Shown here one piece after another: positions 12,116 through 23,324 of a stretch of DNA of 64,000 nucleotides. The translations under genes and the position numbers were made by a program. Source of the DNA: Carcharhinus longimanus (taxonomy: Eukaryota); contig JASCQW010000137.1 in assembly GCA_030264375.1 (NCBI GenBank), forward strand, positions 30,151,465 through 30,215,464. Reading direction: 5' to 3'. The notes beneath the pieces are model-generated. The model was not told the DNA's origin. It saw only the letters and a program-made list of their open reading frames with translations, and ran no database searches. The first letter of the stretch is position 1. The number at the start of each line of letters is the position of its first letter.

Positions 12116-13502
12116 TGTCACGATGATGTGACTCGTGCCTAAGTCATAATCATCTGTAATTTGACTAGCTGACCGAACGAACACAGAAGCGTTTTTAAAA
12201 AAATGACTTTTTAAAGACAAAAAAAGACACTGGCCAAAGATGGCAGCCACAAGTCACCTGATGTCTGGTATTTCCAGAGACAGGTTTCTGACAAGTTTCA
12301 ATGTGGAATAAAATTCAGACATGTATCCTTCTCTGGAATTTCACAGCTGACGCTGTCAAGAACTATTTCAAAGGGGTCTACTGAAATGTCCTGGGCACTT
12401 TTACAATTCTAGTAAGCATCTTTTCAGCAGAGACAATCTGCTCAAACTATAGTTATATTATCTCATGAAGAATCATGCAGTGGGAAACACTCCATTTTCC
12501 CACCCCCTGCCATGGGCTTTATCCCCAGGTGGAAAAATTCTGCCCATTCTCTCTGACAATTGCAGTTACGTAGGCTTCAATTCAACTCCTGGAATCTAAG
12601 GGAATGTGGAAAAATCTCTGCTGCGACCACAGTGATCCAGTCAAAAACTCAGAAATGGTGAATTTTCAATTTTGCATTGAACCTCAATTTGTCAAAGAAA
12701 ATCACTCCTCACAGTATAACTTGCAAATTTTGCATATTTGTGTGCATGTGAGTGTGGGTTAAGAAAGCTTAAGAAGCATGGGTTTTCTTTTTAAATATTT
12801 TGCTATCTTTACTTGATTCAGTAAAAGCTATTTTCTTCTGTTTTGAACTTTAAAAAAGGCTGTCAGACTCATTTCTTTGCAATCATGGGATAAAATGCTT
12901 AAACACAGATAGTGAGTAAAATACATTCATCCTTCTACATTCACAACAATCTCTGCTATGGTCAGACTTGAGCTGGTATCATGGGGGAGTCCTCATCCAC
13001 TCCTCCTCAGATAGATATCATTGAATCCCTGCAGTGCAAATGATGCCATATGGCCTATCAAGTCTCACACGCTATCCCTGTAACCCTACAAATTAATCAA
13101 GGCTAATCCATATAACCTACACCTCTTTGGAATAAAGGGGTAATTTAGAATCAATAGAATCCCTACAGTGCCGAAGAAGACCATTCAACCCATCAAGTTT
13201 ACACCGACTCTCGAACAGAAGGTCTCACCCAAGCCATTTCCCATAACCCCACATATGTACCCCACTAATCTCCTAACCTACACATCTTGGGACACTAAGA
13301 TGAAATTTAGCGTGGCCAATCCACCTAATCTACACATCTTTGGACTGTGGGAGGAAACTGAAGGACATCCATGCAGACATGGGGAGAACACGCAGACTTT
13401 AGATAGACAGTGATCTGAGGCCAGAATTGAACCTGGGTCCCTGGTGCTGTGAGGCAGCAGTGCTAATCACCGTGCAAACGTGCTGCCTTTATAGTCATAA
13501 CA
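12116..13502. mobile_element. Solo LTR (Gypsy/ERV type) with 4-bp TSD, interrupted near one end by SINEs
   Basis: Starts TGTCACGA, ends TCATAACA; CCTT on both sides (12112-12115 and 13503-13506). Confidence 0.8.
13015..13488 (-). mobile_element. Two stacked HE1 SINE type A copies (tail fragment plus near full copy)
   Basis: Two GAATCCCT(G/A)CAGTGC tail starts (~13023, ~13157), then reverse-complement head. Confidence 0.85.
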
Positions 13503-13907
13503 CCTTCATATCTCCAAAAACATTGCAACGCTCACATTCATCGGTCTCTTCTTCCTCTACTTGAGGGAGAAGAGAGCACAGAGTGCTGAGGAGAAATAGA
13601 AAACTGGATGTATCCCACCAACCGTATCCACCTTGCCAGCTGCACTGAAGGTATTGGGAATAAGTTGGGTCTCGGCATGCCTGACCATTGGAGATGGAGA
13701 GAGAATGGAATGAAGGGATTGGGTAATGGGAGTGTCTCAGAGCTACATGGTAACAGAATTAAATTTAAAAAACCACCAGCATGGCACACAACACTCACTC
13801 ATGTTAACTTAATGTCAGCAGGCAATGAAAATATCGAATGTATGCATTGATGACTTAGAACAGTCTCAATTTGTCGGTTCTAATTCATGCTTTTCATTTC
13901 CTACCAG

Positions 13908-14400
13908 TCCTCAAAGCATCCTTCAGGAGGTGGTGTAGGAAGAGAACAAAGACTCCTCTGAGGTGTTACTCAATCTGAGGATGCAGCCTCACACAACTTG
14001 TGCGCCCTCGCCACCAGCTCAGATACACACACTGCATGGTGCCACGTCATCAGAACATGTAGTTAGGTTGTCACAGGGTGATGCAAGGATCGATCGTGGA
14101 GATAGTGATAGCAGTGAGAGTTCCTTTTGCTGTGCACAAGACCCTCTGAGCAAGGCCAGTCTGCAAGCAGGTGCTGAGTCTCTGGGACTGATAACAGTGA
14201 GGTTAACAATGGAGCACCAGCGGCAAATGTATGAGATTCTGTCAGCATTTCCAGAGATGCTGTACAGTGTTGGAGAGAGAGATCCAGAGTGTAGGTGCCA
14301 TAATGCCTCAGGTTTTCATGCTGATTAGGACATCCATGGAGGAGGTGGAAACCTGCATGAAGCATCAGTCACAGCAATCAATGAACACACATTGCCCCTC
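13908..14400 (+). pseudogene. Probable downstream exon of a Harbinger Myb/SANT gene (acidic, then helical/coiled region)
   Basis: Acceptor TTTTCATTTCCTACCAG; frame ...MEHQRQMYEILSAFPEMLYSVGER..., frameshifted; family assignment inferred from context. Confidence 0.4.
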
Positions 14401-14469
14401 ACCAATGACCTACACTTTATTGAGGAAAATCTTTCCCTGGTCTCATGATGTGCAGAAAAGTGTTTTCCA

Positions 14470-14850
14470 GGTTTTGCCGAGCAAGAAAGTGTAATTGGAT
14501 CACGAGAGGCAAGATGGAGCAAGGGAGAGAATGCATTTGCAGGGGCATTTTGGACAGGTGCAGGAAGAATAGGGTGGTTGTAGTGGGAGACTTTAATCTT
14601 CCTGGAGTNNNNNNNNNNNNNNNNNNNNNNNNNNNNNNNNNNNNNNNNNNNNNNNNNNNNNNNNNNNNNNNNNNNNNNNNNNNNNNNNNNNNNNNNNNNN
14701 NNNNNNNNGAATCTGGCTAAGTCAGGGGTTCTATTGGTAGATACGCAGGGTAGAATAGGTGTAGGGTGATGTGGCGGCGCGGGCTGGTTGGGCCGAAGGG
14801 CCTGTTTCCCGTGCTGGGTTGTTCTTTGTTCTTTGTTCTTTGTTCTTTTT
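14470..14850 (+). mobile_element. CR1 LINE collapsed across a gap (endonuclease on the left, 3' tail on the right)
   Basis: CRKNRVVVVGDFNLP APE-endonuclease motif before the gap; GGGCCGAAGGGCCTGTTTCC...(GTTCTTT)n tail after it. Confidence 0.85.
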
Positions 14851-15169
14851 GGGACAATAGAGTGCAGACTCTATTCAAAGTCTACTTCCACTTCTAACCC
14901 ATTAACCATGCCCCTTGCATGGTTTTCAGAGCCCCACATGCTGCCTGCTGTCCTGGTGACTAAGTCTGCCCCAGTACAAGTTCAGTCTTTGGTACAGCCT
15001 CCCCAGTCTCCCAAACCCTGATGATGTTGGCCAAGAATATCTCAGCAGGGTACAACTATATGTGTAGTAATAGTGGGAGAAGAAAAAAGTTCATAGCTGC
15101 AAAAGGGTATTCACTTGGATGTGTAACACAGTGAAACATAATCAACTTTCTTATTCATGATTCTGCACC

Positions 15170-15690
15170 AGAAATGTATTTATTTATTGGCTTGCAATTT
15201 TTGCTTGCTGCCTGCCAAGTAGCCTTCTGCCTTGGTAGGACAACAAGTAAGGACAGACAATTATTGTGCCAGATGGCTGCATTGCCTCAGTTTAATGGAA
15301 GTGTACCTAAGTCAGAAGGTCCTAGGCATCCATGGCAGCTTTGTGTGTGGTTGATAGCAGACATTTGGGTCCCTGAGACATTGGTGCTCATGTCTGATTG
15401 AGGAGGACTGTATACCCTCTGTGGGATTATCACCTCTGACAAGCTGGGGCTCTAGTCTCTAGTCTCATTCCGTTTGTCCCATAGAGTGGCAGGTTGGTGA
15501 GGAGAAGGCTCAACAACCTGCTGCTCCTGAAATTACTGCTCCTGCTCCTGCTCCTTCTGCTACTTCTTCTGTTCCTCCTCCTCCTGCTGCTCCTTCTCCT
15601 GCTGTTCCTGCTTCTGCTGCCTCTGTTGCTCTTGCTCGTGCTATTCCTGATGCTCCTCTTGTTTCTCATCTAAGGTCAAAACAGAGCTGT
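15170..15690 (-). pseudogene. Possible heavily deleted HARBI1-type transposase N-terminus with E/Q-rich low-complexity tract
   Basis: Minus strand: (GAG/CAG)-rich tract, then CAGAGGGTATAC (QRVY) and GACATGAG...CAATGTCTCAGG (DM...QCLR), resembling the RVYR..F..MSE.QC.RRL start of Harbinger transposases; AATAAA near 15180. Confidence 0.35.
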
Positions 15691-16282
15691 GTAATCTGTG
15701 TAAGCTGACAGCTGGAAAGTGCAGATCAAAGGCAAAGTCTAGGAAATCACCTCAGAAAGAGAAATTAAAACGAAAGCACACTCAGAACAAATCCTATGAG
15801 CAAAATCCTATCACTTATGCAGAGGAAGCAAGTGTCAGCTCTCAGTATTTCGAGTGGTTCTTGCCAGTTAATTGCTTAGCTCTGTCAAATCCCACTCTCC
15901 TCACACCTTGCCGCCCCTCGCGTGCTGGAAAACCCATGCATGCACAGCTAAACTACCAGGTTAAAGAAGCAATGAATGAGTTTACAGATGACCCACTGGT
16001 TCCACAGAAGTTTGCTACATGCTGCAGATTACACTCACATTAGAAACAGAAGTTGACGAGTTCCTGCCAGTCTTCTGGCACATTGGTGGTTTCAGGTGTT
16101 TAAACTGTCAGTCCGCACAGGCATTCACACCACTCTCTTGGGTTAAAAGTTCTCCCTCTACTGTTTCATTTCAGCACATCCACTAGTGAGAAGCATATAG
16201 CAAACTGATCAGTTCTTGATTTCCCCTTTATACTGGCTTTCTTCGACTGAGAACCTGATTTTGACAGTAGAAACATCAAAGA

Positions 16283-16752
16283 ATCATAGAATCCCTATGT
16301 TGCAGAAGGAGACCATTTGGCCCATCGAGTCTGCATCAACTCTTCAACAGAGCATTCCACCCAGGCCCTATCCCCATAACCCCATGTATTTACCCCGCTA
16401 AGCCGCACGTCATAACATTTAAAGCTATGGGCCAAATGCTAGTAAATAGGATTAGGTGGGAATTTAAGTGTTTCTTGTGTATCGATGCAGACTCAATGGG
16501 CTGAAGAGCCTCTTCTATTCTATACGTTCAATGACTCTATGATTCTAATCTCCTCACCCCACACATCTTTGGACACTAAGACGCAATTTAATATAGCCAA
16601 TCCATCTAACCTACATATCTTTGAACTGTGGGAGGAAACCCAGCAGACATGGGAAGAAAGTACAGACTCCAGAGAGGCAGTCCCCAAGGCCAGAATTGAA
16701 CCCGGATCTCTAGTGCTGTGAGGCAGCAGTTGCTAACCACTGTGCCAGCATG
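16283..16752 (-). mobile_element. HE1 SINE type A split by a plus-strand CR1 tail fragment (~16402-16545)
   Basis: SINE text stops at ...CCGCTAA and resumes at CTAATCTCC after a tail ending GACTCTATGATT. Confidence 0.8.
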
Positions 16753-17189
16753 CCATGACAGTACATCTGTCACATTTCTAATCTAGTATAGTGAAGCACT
16801 CATGTTCATTAGAATGTGAACATGGGGATAATGATGCATTCACAAAATATCCTAAACTTCATTCAGCCTTGCAAAGAGTGGTGCTGAATTGCAATCCCAA
16901 GATCACAAAATAGATAGACTAAGTGAACTGCATTTGACTCACCAGTTTGATGTAAACTTCCTAATGATTGACTTGCTAGCATCAAACAGACATAATTACC
17001 TTTCTGGTCTATATATTTGATGCAAAATTGTAGCAGCCGTAAAATAAAAGTTTAAACACAAATAATCCTTATTTAAAGGAAGGAGGTTTGGTCCATTCTT
17101 CGTTCATCAACTAGAAATTCTAGTCACAGCATCACATGTTTTCTTCATGGAGCCCATAGTTTTCGTCTTCGCTACTCTGCCCAGTCCTT

Positions 17190-17535
17190 TTAAAGTTAAT
17201 TTACTCGTCACAAGTAGGCTTACATTCACACTGAAATGAACTTACTGTGAAAATCCCCTGGTCACCACACTCCAGCACCCGTTCAGGTATGTTGAGGGAT
17301 AACTTAGCATGGCCAATTCAGCTAACCTGCATATCTTTGGACTGAGGGATAATTTAGCATGGCCAATTCAGCTAATCTGCATATCTTGGACTGTGGGAGG
17401 AAACCGGACCACCAAGAAGAAACCCACACAGACACAGGGAGAATGTGCAAACTCCAGTCAGACAGTGACCCAAGCCAGGAATTGAACCCAGGTGCTGTGA
17501 AGCAGCAATGCTAACAACTGTGCCATCGTGCTACC
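17190..17535 (-). mobile_element. HE1-type SINE tail B with internal ~50-bp tandem duplication
   Basis: GAGGGATAA(C/T)TTAGCATGGCCAATTCAGCTAA(C/T)CTGCATATCTT occurs twice. Confidence 0.9.
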
Positions 17536-19239
17536 ATTAGGTATTGCTCAGTTCCTGTATGAATGACTTTCTGACATCAGTTCCAAGTTCACTTCTTCCT
17601 AATTCTGAACCTATTTAAATGACTTAGAAGTGGTGCACTGGATCTACCTTTATATACAAGTGTTTTGAATATCTCATATACCACCTGAGAGCTTTTCTTT
17701 AAACTGAGAGTTTGTTTTTCAACTTTAGACAGGTTCAGTATTTCATAATAACAACCGCCGTTGGCTCACGATATTAGAGTTTATCAATATCAAATGTGCC
17801 AGAATTTCATAGAATGTGCATTATAGAAAAGACTGTTTGGCCCAAATGGTCCATGCTGATGTTAATGCTCTGCATAAACCACCTTCAAACCCTTATCAGT
17901 GTATCCTATTCCTATACAATTCCTTTCTCTCTGTGAGTTTATCTAGTGCCTCATTAAATACATTTATGCTATTGGCTTAAGAGGGACTAAGTTCCATATT
18001 CCAATACTTCCCAGGGAATGAGGTTTTTCCTGAATCCCCATTGGATTTATTTGTGACAGTTCTATTTTTATGGCCTTGAGTGTGTTTTTTTTGTATAGCT
18101 AAGTTGAGATAGGACAGGAGTCGATTAGATGCTACTATTCTCAATCATTTGTTGTGCACAGATGGAGGACAGAAAACATTCTAATGAACTATCGATTGGC
18201 AAGTGTCCCAGACTATGGGTTTGTTTTTTTTCCTTGGAGTTAGTGCTCAAAGACATTACATATAACAAATGAACTAAAAGACAGCTTAAAAACATCTTAT
18301 TTTCCTCATAAAGAACATTCAGGACTGTTGTATTTTGTGACAGTTTAGTTTCTTCAAGCCTGATTGCAGTTCTAAGTGCAGTTTCATTTGGCAATTCCTG
18401 TTCTACTCCTGGCAGAGTTGCTCGATTTTTGGAAATAAAATCAGGAATGGATCGGATCGATCTACTTAATGTCGTTTTTAACAGAGACTAAGGCACTCAT
18501 TGAAAATTATGATGTGTTCCAAAATGAATAATGCAAATAAACGCACTGTGTCAGGTCTTAAAGATCAGACTATTTTGGAGACAGCGTAACCCATACAAAA
18601 TAGTTTCCAACGGTTTAGCACTCTGAGCTCATTAATTAATGTCTAAATCACCACTGAGATTAAATTCATAGCAATAAAAATGACAGAATTTTGGGCAAAT
18701 TCACAGAGTAATTTATGCCAAGCCTATGTCCCAGCATACACGCAAGTCAGTTCATTGTCTGCATGTGTCAATAGTCAGTTTTATTTTTGAGTGGTTAACC
18801 TGTTGTGGTCCGGATTTGCTGTTTTTCTAAATTAGAGAATGTGATAAAATTAACCTTCAGTCAACTTCTTTTAAGGTTGCAAAGTTCAAACCTTTCTGTG
18901 TTAAATTTTATGCTCTTAACTCAGCGAATGTGCACTGTCAAAGGACTATTGACTACTTAGAGCTTTATTGCTGGATTATTTCTGCCAGCTGTTGCTGTAA
19001 TTCAATGCTATTTGGTGCTTTCCTACAATTGCTTAAAGTTTCACTAGTCTACAGGCAGTGGCCTAACTTTTTATATATATTCATTCATGGGATGTGGGCT
19101 TCGCTGGCTAGGCCAGTATGTATTGCTGCCGTACTTTTGTGGTTGATTACAAGGTTGAGCACTAACCAGTTGCCTCCCAGGATGATGGTCCAGTTGGTCT
19201 TTATCTTGGCATTAATCACGATGGGCTGAGGGAGAGTGT

Positions 19240-19910
19240 GTTGGATGAACAGAGGCCAGGGAGAAGGATGAGAAGGACTCTCAATAATCCTCCTTCTCAT
19301 AATGTCCAACATTCGGTTCTCTGTGGGGTTTAAAACATCCAAGAGCACCTATCCCTCTCTCAGAAATTTCTGCTGCCCCCCCCCTCCCCCATTAAGACCA
19401 CTTTCTCTTGCAAGACAGAAGGAAGTAAGTCATTGAGAGGGGTCTGCAACAGGATTCATGGATCTGAGCATCACGGTTGAATAAAGGTCGGTGTGTGCAA
19501 ACTGTGGGTGTGAAACTCATAACAGTGCTAAATGTGGGAGGGGGAGGTAAAGGGAATGAAAATTGGGTAAATCCATTAGGTAGGCAAGATGGAGATGGAG
19601 TGAACTGGCCAACGGATGATGATGATATTGATAGGATCTGGCATTTTAAGCTGCACCTCAGACATTGACAACTTGTCTGAGAACTTTTTCCCGTACTACA
19701 TGCAACTCATTGAGGATACACTGCTGACAAACTGACCTCCAAAGGTATCTCTTCCCATTGCCATCTCAGCATGTGGCTGGAGGGCCTCAGCTCCCCGCGT
19801 TCCCTGTCCCTGAGGGTACAGGACATCCCTCCTTCTTTCTATTACTTCCACCCAGGCCTCCAGTGCAGTTCTTGAAAACTCTGGTGCACGCTTCCTTTGT
19901 CAGCCAGTGG
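19240..19910 (-). pseudogene. Second decayed Harbinger Myb/SANT-like gene
   Basis: Minus strand RKRAPEFSRTALEAW..VIERRRDVLYPQG, then ...YGKKFSD (helix 3 remnant); exon 2 with VLLDVLNPTENRMLDIM. Confidence 0.65.
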
Positions 19911-20921
19911 CAATTCTTCCACAGTGCAATATTCGCAATGATCTCAGCCCAAATGCCCCTTTAAGAGGTGCAAGCTTGCTTTAAGTACTCCCGATATTGG
20001 ATCCCATCACCCCCTTCTCCCCACTGATAGGTATGGTCGATCAACATTGCAGAGAATGCTGCCGGTGCACAGAAAGCATGGAAATAAACAGTGCACAAAG
20101 TTGGCATCTTGCCTGCATTCCAATCCACAGGCGTGGGTTAATCAAAAAATGCAATCTCTGCATCCATTTTCATGGGCTATTCAGTTTAACCCCTAGACGT
20201 CTCAGAGCTCTGCTAAATGATGGATAACTCATATCACTAGTTTTAATTTCCACTTGGAGTATTTCAAATGCATTTATTAAATGTTGTCATTATTCTGCCC
20301 ATTTATATAGTCCTTTCTACTGATCCAGATTTCAAATTTGTGACATACGCTTCCAGAGGGAGGAGACTTGGTCCTGATAATTACACTAGGTGCCTTCTGT
20401 CTGCTTTGCCAGATTTCTATAAAACGCTTAGGCACAGCTGCAGCAGATCATGTGCACATGGTATAAAAGTTGAGGTCTAGCTAAAGTGAAGCAATCCTTG
20501 CTATGAACTGTGGGCACATTTAATTATATAACTTATACCAATGGCATGCAATGTCTAAACTCATACCCTTGCTGATAATATGGATTCTTCACTGTGCCGA
20601 TGAGACAAGCAAAGGCCATTTACTGATAATTGCATCAAGGATTAATTTAGTATAATTGATATAGGTAGCTTCATGGCAAAAGCTGACAGATTATACACGA
20701 CACACACTGTTCCAAACTTTAAATAAGTTCATAAACCAAAATATGAACTGGCAGAAGTGTGCAAAATTCAAAAGATGCTTGTTTAGGTTGGGTTTTCACT
20801 ATCTGCCGTTCTATATTGTATCTGGTATCGTATCTGCCTGGGTAGCAACTCACTACAATCTGCTTATCTCCTACAAAAACTGGCCAAGTGTGTGGAAACT
20901 CATGTTTCAAACACAAGCACT

Positions 20922-21132
20922 GATTTGATTGATTATTGTCGTGTGTATTGGGATACAGTGAAAAGTATTGTTTCTTGCGTGCTATGCAGACAAAACATTA
21001 TGTTCATACAGTACCTGGCGAGAAGGAAAGAAGAGGATGTGGAGTGTAGTGCTACAGTCATAGCTCGGGTGTAGAGAAAGATCAGCTTAATACCCATTCA
21101 AATGTCTGATGGCAGCAGGGAAGAAGCTGTTT
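20922..21132 (-). mobile_element. Rex1/Babar LINE 3' end
   Basis: Minus strand ACAGCTTCTTCCCTGCTGCCATCAGA (SFFPAAIR, Rex1 C-terminus) and AATCAAATC tail; related copies at ~29700-29870, ~37095-37560 and ~50430-50590. Confidence 0.7.
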
Positions 21133-21739
21133 TAGAACATATAGAACATAGAACACTACAGCACAAACAGGCCCTTCGGCCCACAAGTTGCGCTGATCAC
21201 ATCTATACCTGCCAAGCCNNNNNNNNNNNNNNNNNNNNNNNNNNNNNNNNNNNNNNNNNNNNNNNNNNNNNNNNNNNNNNNNNNNNNNNNNNNNNNNNNN
21301 NNNNNNNNNNNNNNNNNNNNNNNNNNNNNNNNNNNNNNNNNNNNNNNNNNNNNNNNNNNNNNNNNNNNNNNNNNNNNNNNNNNNNNNNNNNNNNNNNNNN
21401 NNNNNNNNNNNNNNNNNNNNNNNNNNNNNNNNNNNNNNNNNNNNNNNNNNNNNNNNNNNNNNNNNNNNNNNNNNNNNNNNNNNNNNNNNNNNNNNNNNNN
21501 NNNNNNNNNNNNNNNNNNNNNNNNNNNNNNNNNNNNNNNNNNNNNNNNNNNNNNNNNNNNNNNNNNNNNNNNNNNNNNNNNNNNNNNNNNNNNNNNNNNN
21601 NNNNNNNNNNNNNNNNNNNNNNNNNNNNNNNNNNNNNNNNNNNNNNNNNNNNNNNNNNNNNNNNNNNNNNNNNNNNNNNNNNNNNNNNNNNNNNNNNNNN
21701 NNNNNNNNNNNNNNNNNNNNNTTGCATAAACAAGTAAAC

Positions 21740-22130
21740 AATAACAGTTTGTAGTAATGCTGCATCTTTAATGTAATTAATGTCCTCAGGGGCTTCACAG
21801 GAGCATTATAAAGCAAAATTAAACTCCAAGCCACAGAAGGAGAGATTAGGGCTGGTTGACCAAGTTTTTGGCTAAGTGGTTTATTCTGAGCAAAGCCTTA
21901 AAAGCAGTTAATGGAGGAAGAGAGATGGAGATATTTAGGGAGGGAATCAGAATACTCAAGAGGCCAGAATTAAAAGAGTGCAGGTATCTCAGAGAACTGA
22001 CTCTGAGAGAGCAGCCAGGAGTGCACTGAAATAGTCAGTCGAAGTAACAAAGGCATGAACGAGAGTTTCAGATGCAGTTACGTTAAGGCGGGGGCAAATG
22101 TGGTGATGGACAGCCTTACCAATAGTACAG
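21740..22130 (-). mobile_element. L2 LINE 3' fragment
   Basis: GGTTGACCAAG...TTTAGGGAGGGAAT...AAGAGGCCAGAAT motif chain, also seen at ~51170-51430. Confidence 0.65.
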
Positions 22131-22725
22131 ATATCACAAGCTCATCTCACCATGGTGTCCTGAGAAACAGAAGAAAGATTAAAAAAAGAACAGAAAAGAA
22201 AATGAAGTATGAAACAAATGGGTGATGAAGGAATAGAACAGGGCAAAATAAAGAATAAATCAGGTTCAGATAAACAATGATTTCAATAGAATGAGCTATT
22301 CATTTTAATTTATAATTAATCCTTTATGTTTCACCAGCCATGATATGATGCATTCTATCTAATAATTTATTTGGCCGTTTAGTGTTGCAGAAAAGTCAAG
22401 GTGGATTATTTTAACCCATGTTTCCAAGGTAACAACCTCAAGTAAAATAGGCAAATGAATTGGCAGAACATAAAATGATAGTCAATGCAAAGTTAGAGGA
22501 TGTATTTCCACATTCCTGAATACTGATTCTGTCAGAAACGCAGCCTCTTTAATTAAACAGGTTGAAGGTCAATTATCTATTATAGAGATAAGTATCACAA
22601 GATTGAAATGTTTCTAACACTAAATGTCAGTAAACACAATAACAAGAGAAGCCAAGATTCATTAACTTGAATTGAATCTGTGGAGGTTAAATTAGATAGC
22701 CCTCAATAATGCATGGAGATTACAA

Positions 22726-22830
22726 CTTGAGCATTCTGATTCCCTCCCTAAACATCTCCATCTCTCTCCCTGCATTTACTGCTTTAAGACACTGCTTGGA
22801 ACAAACCACTTAGCCAAAAGCTTGGTCAAC
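22726..22830 (+). repeat. L2 3' fragment forming an inverted repeat with 21855-21960
   Basis: Its reverse complement aligns almost end to end with 21855-21960. Confidence 0.85.
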
Positions 22831-23324
22831 CTGCCTTGCCACATCAGTTTGTGGCAAGGCAGGCGACAAGGCATTTTCGTGCTGCCTCCTCATTATCAGG
22901 TTTCCTGTCTGCAGCCAGCGCTAACCATGTCATTGATTGACTGCACACATCAGCAGGGGGCCCAAAATTGTAACTTGCTGGAACTAATTAAGTACAGTCT
23001 GCACAGTTTAAAGCTAAACCTCTTAAAAGGGAGGAGGGTCATGGCTGCTGCAGGTTCTGACAATCCCTTGTAAGGTGAACACTGTAATGTTCTAACTATG
23101 TTATGGGTTATGGGCTTTAAACAGAAAGAGAGGATGTGGTTTACACATACATATTCAAACTAACAACAATAGATTTATTGAAGGAGCTCTTGCCTGTACA
23201 GAGAACAAACTGAAACTAAAACAACAGTCTGTACAACATCCTAATGACATCACCATGAGGCTGGCTTTTAAAGCAATCATGCAAATACTTAAATATATAC
23301 TTAAATCCCACCTGGAAGGGAGAG

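Larger units (their letters stand above)
9953..13770 (-). other. Unassigned insert with LTR-like end and decayed ORFs (9953-12115 and 13503-~13770), split by a solo LTR
   Basis: Minus-strand end ...ATGCGTCACA at 9953 with ATTAAA about 160 bp inside; 42-bp direct repeat; open minus-strand frames of about 70-145 codons; no recognisable family. Confidence 0.4.

Noticed and set aside
12106-12120. Polypurine-tract-like AAAGGGGAG on the minus strand
   Set aside because: Partly formed by the LTR junction and TSD, and not followed by a canonical TG
15430-15669. Protamine/SR-like Arg-Ser ORF
   Set aside because: One frame of a degenerate CTG/CTC triplet tract; no supporting gene structure
19125-19235. 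NWTIILGGNWL peptide resembling a serine-protease or Gypsy-protease segment
   Set aside because: Too short, no catalytic motif; more likely a downstream piece of the adjacent Harbinger relic
21082-21834. Long ORFs spanning N runs (also at 3626, 14445, 29136, 46744, 48415, 62514)
   Set aside because: Artefacts of assembly gaps
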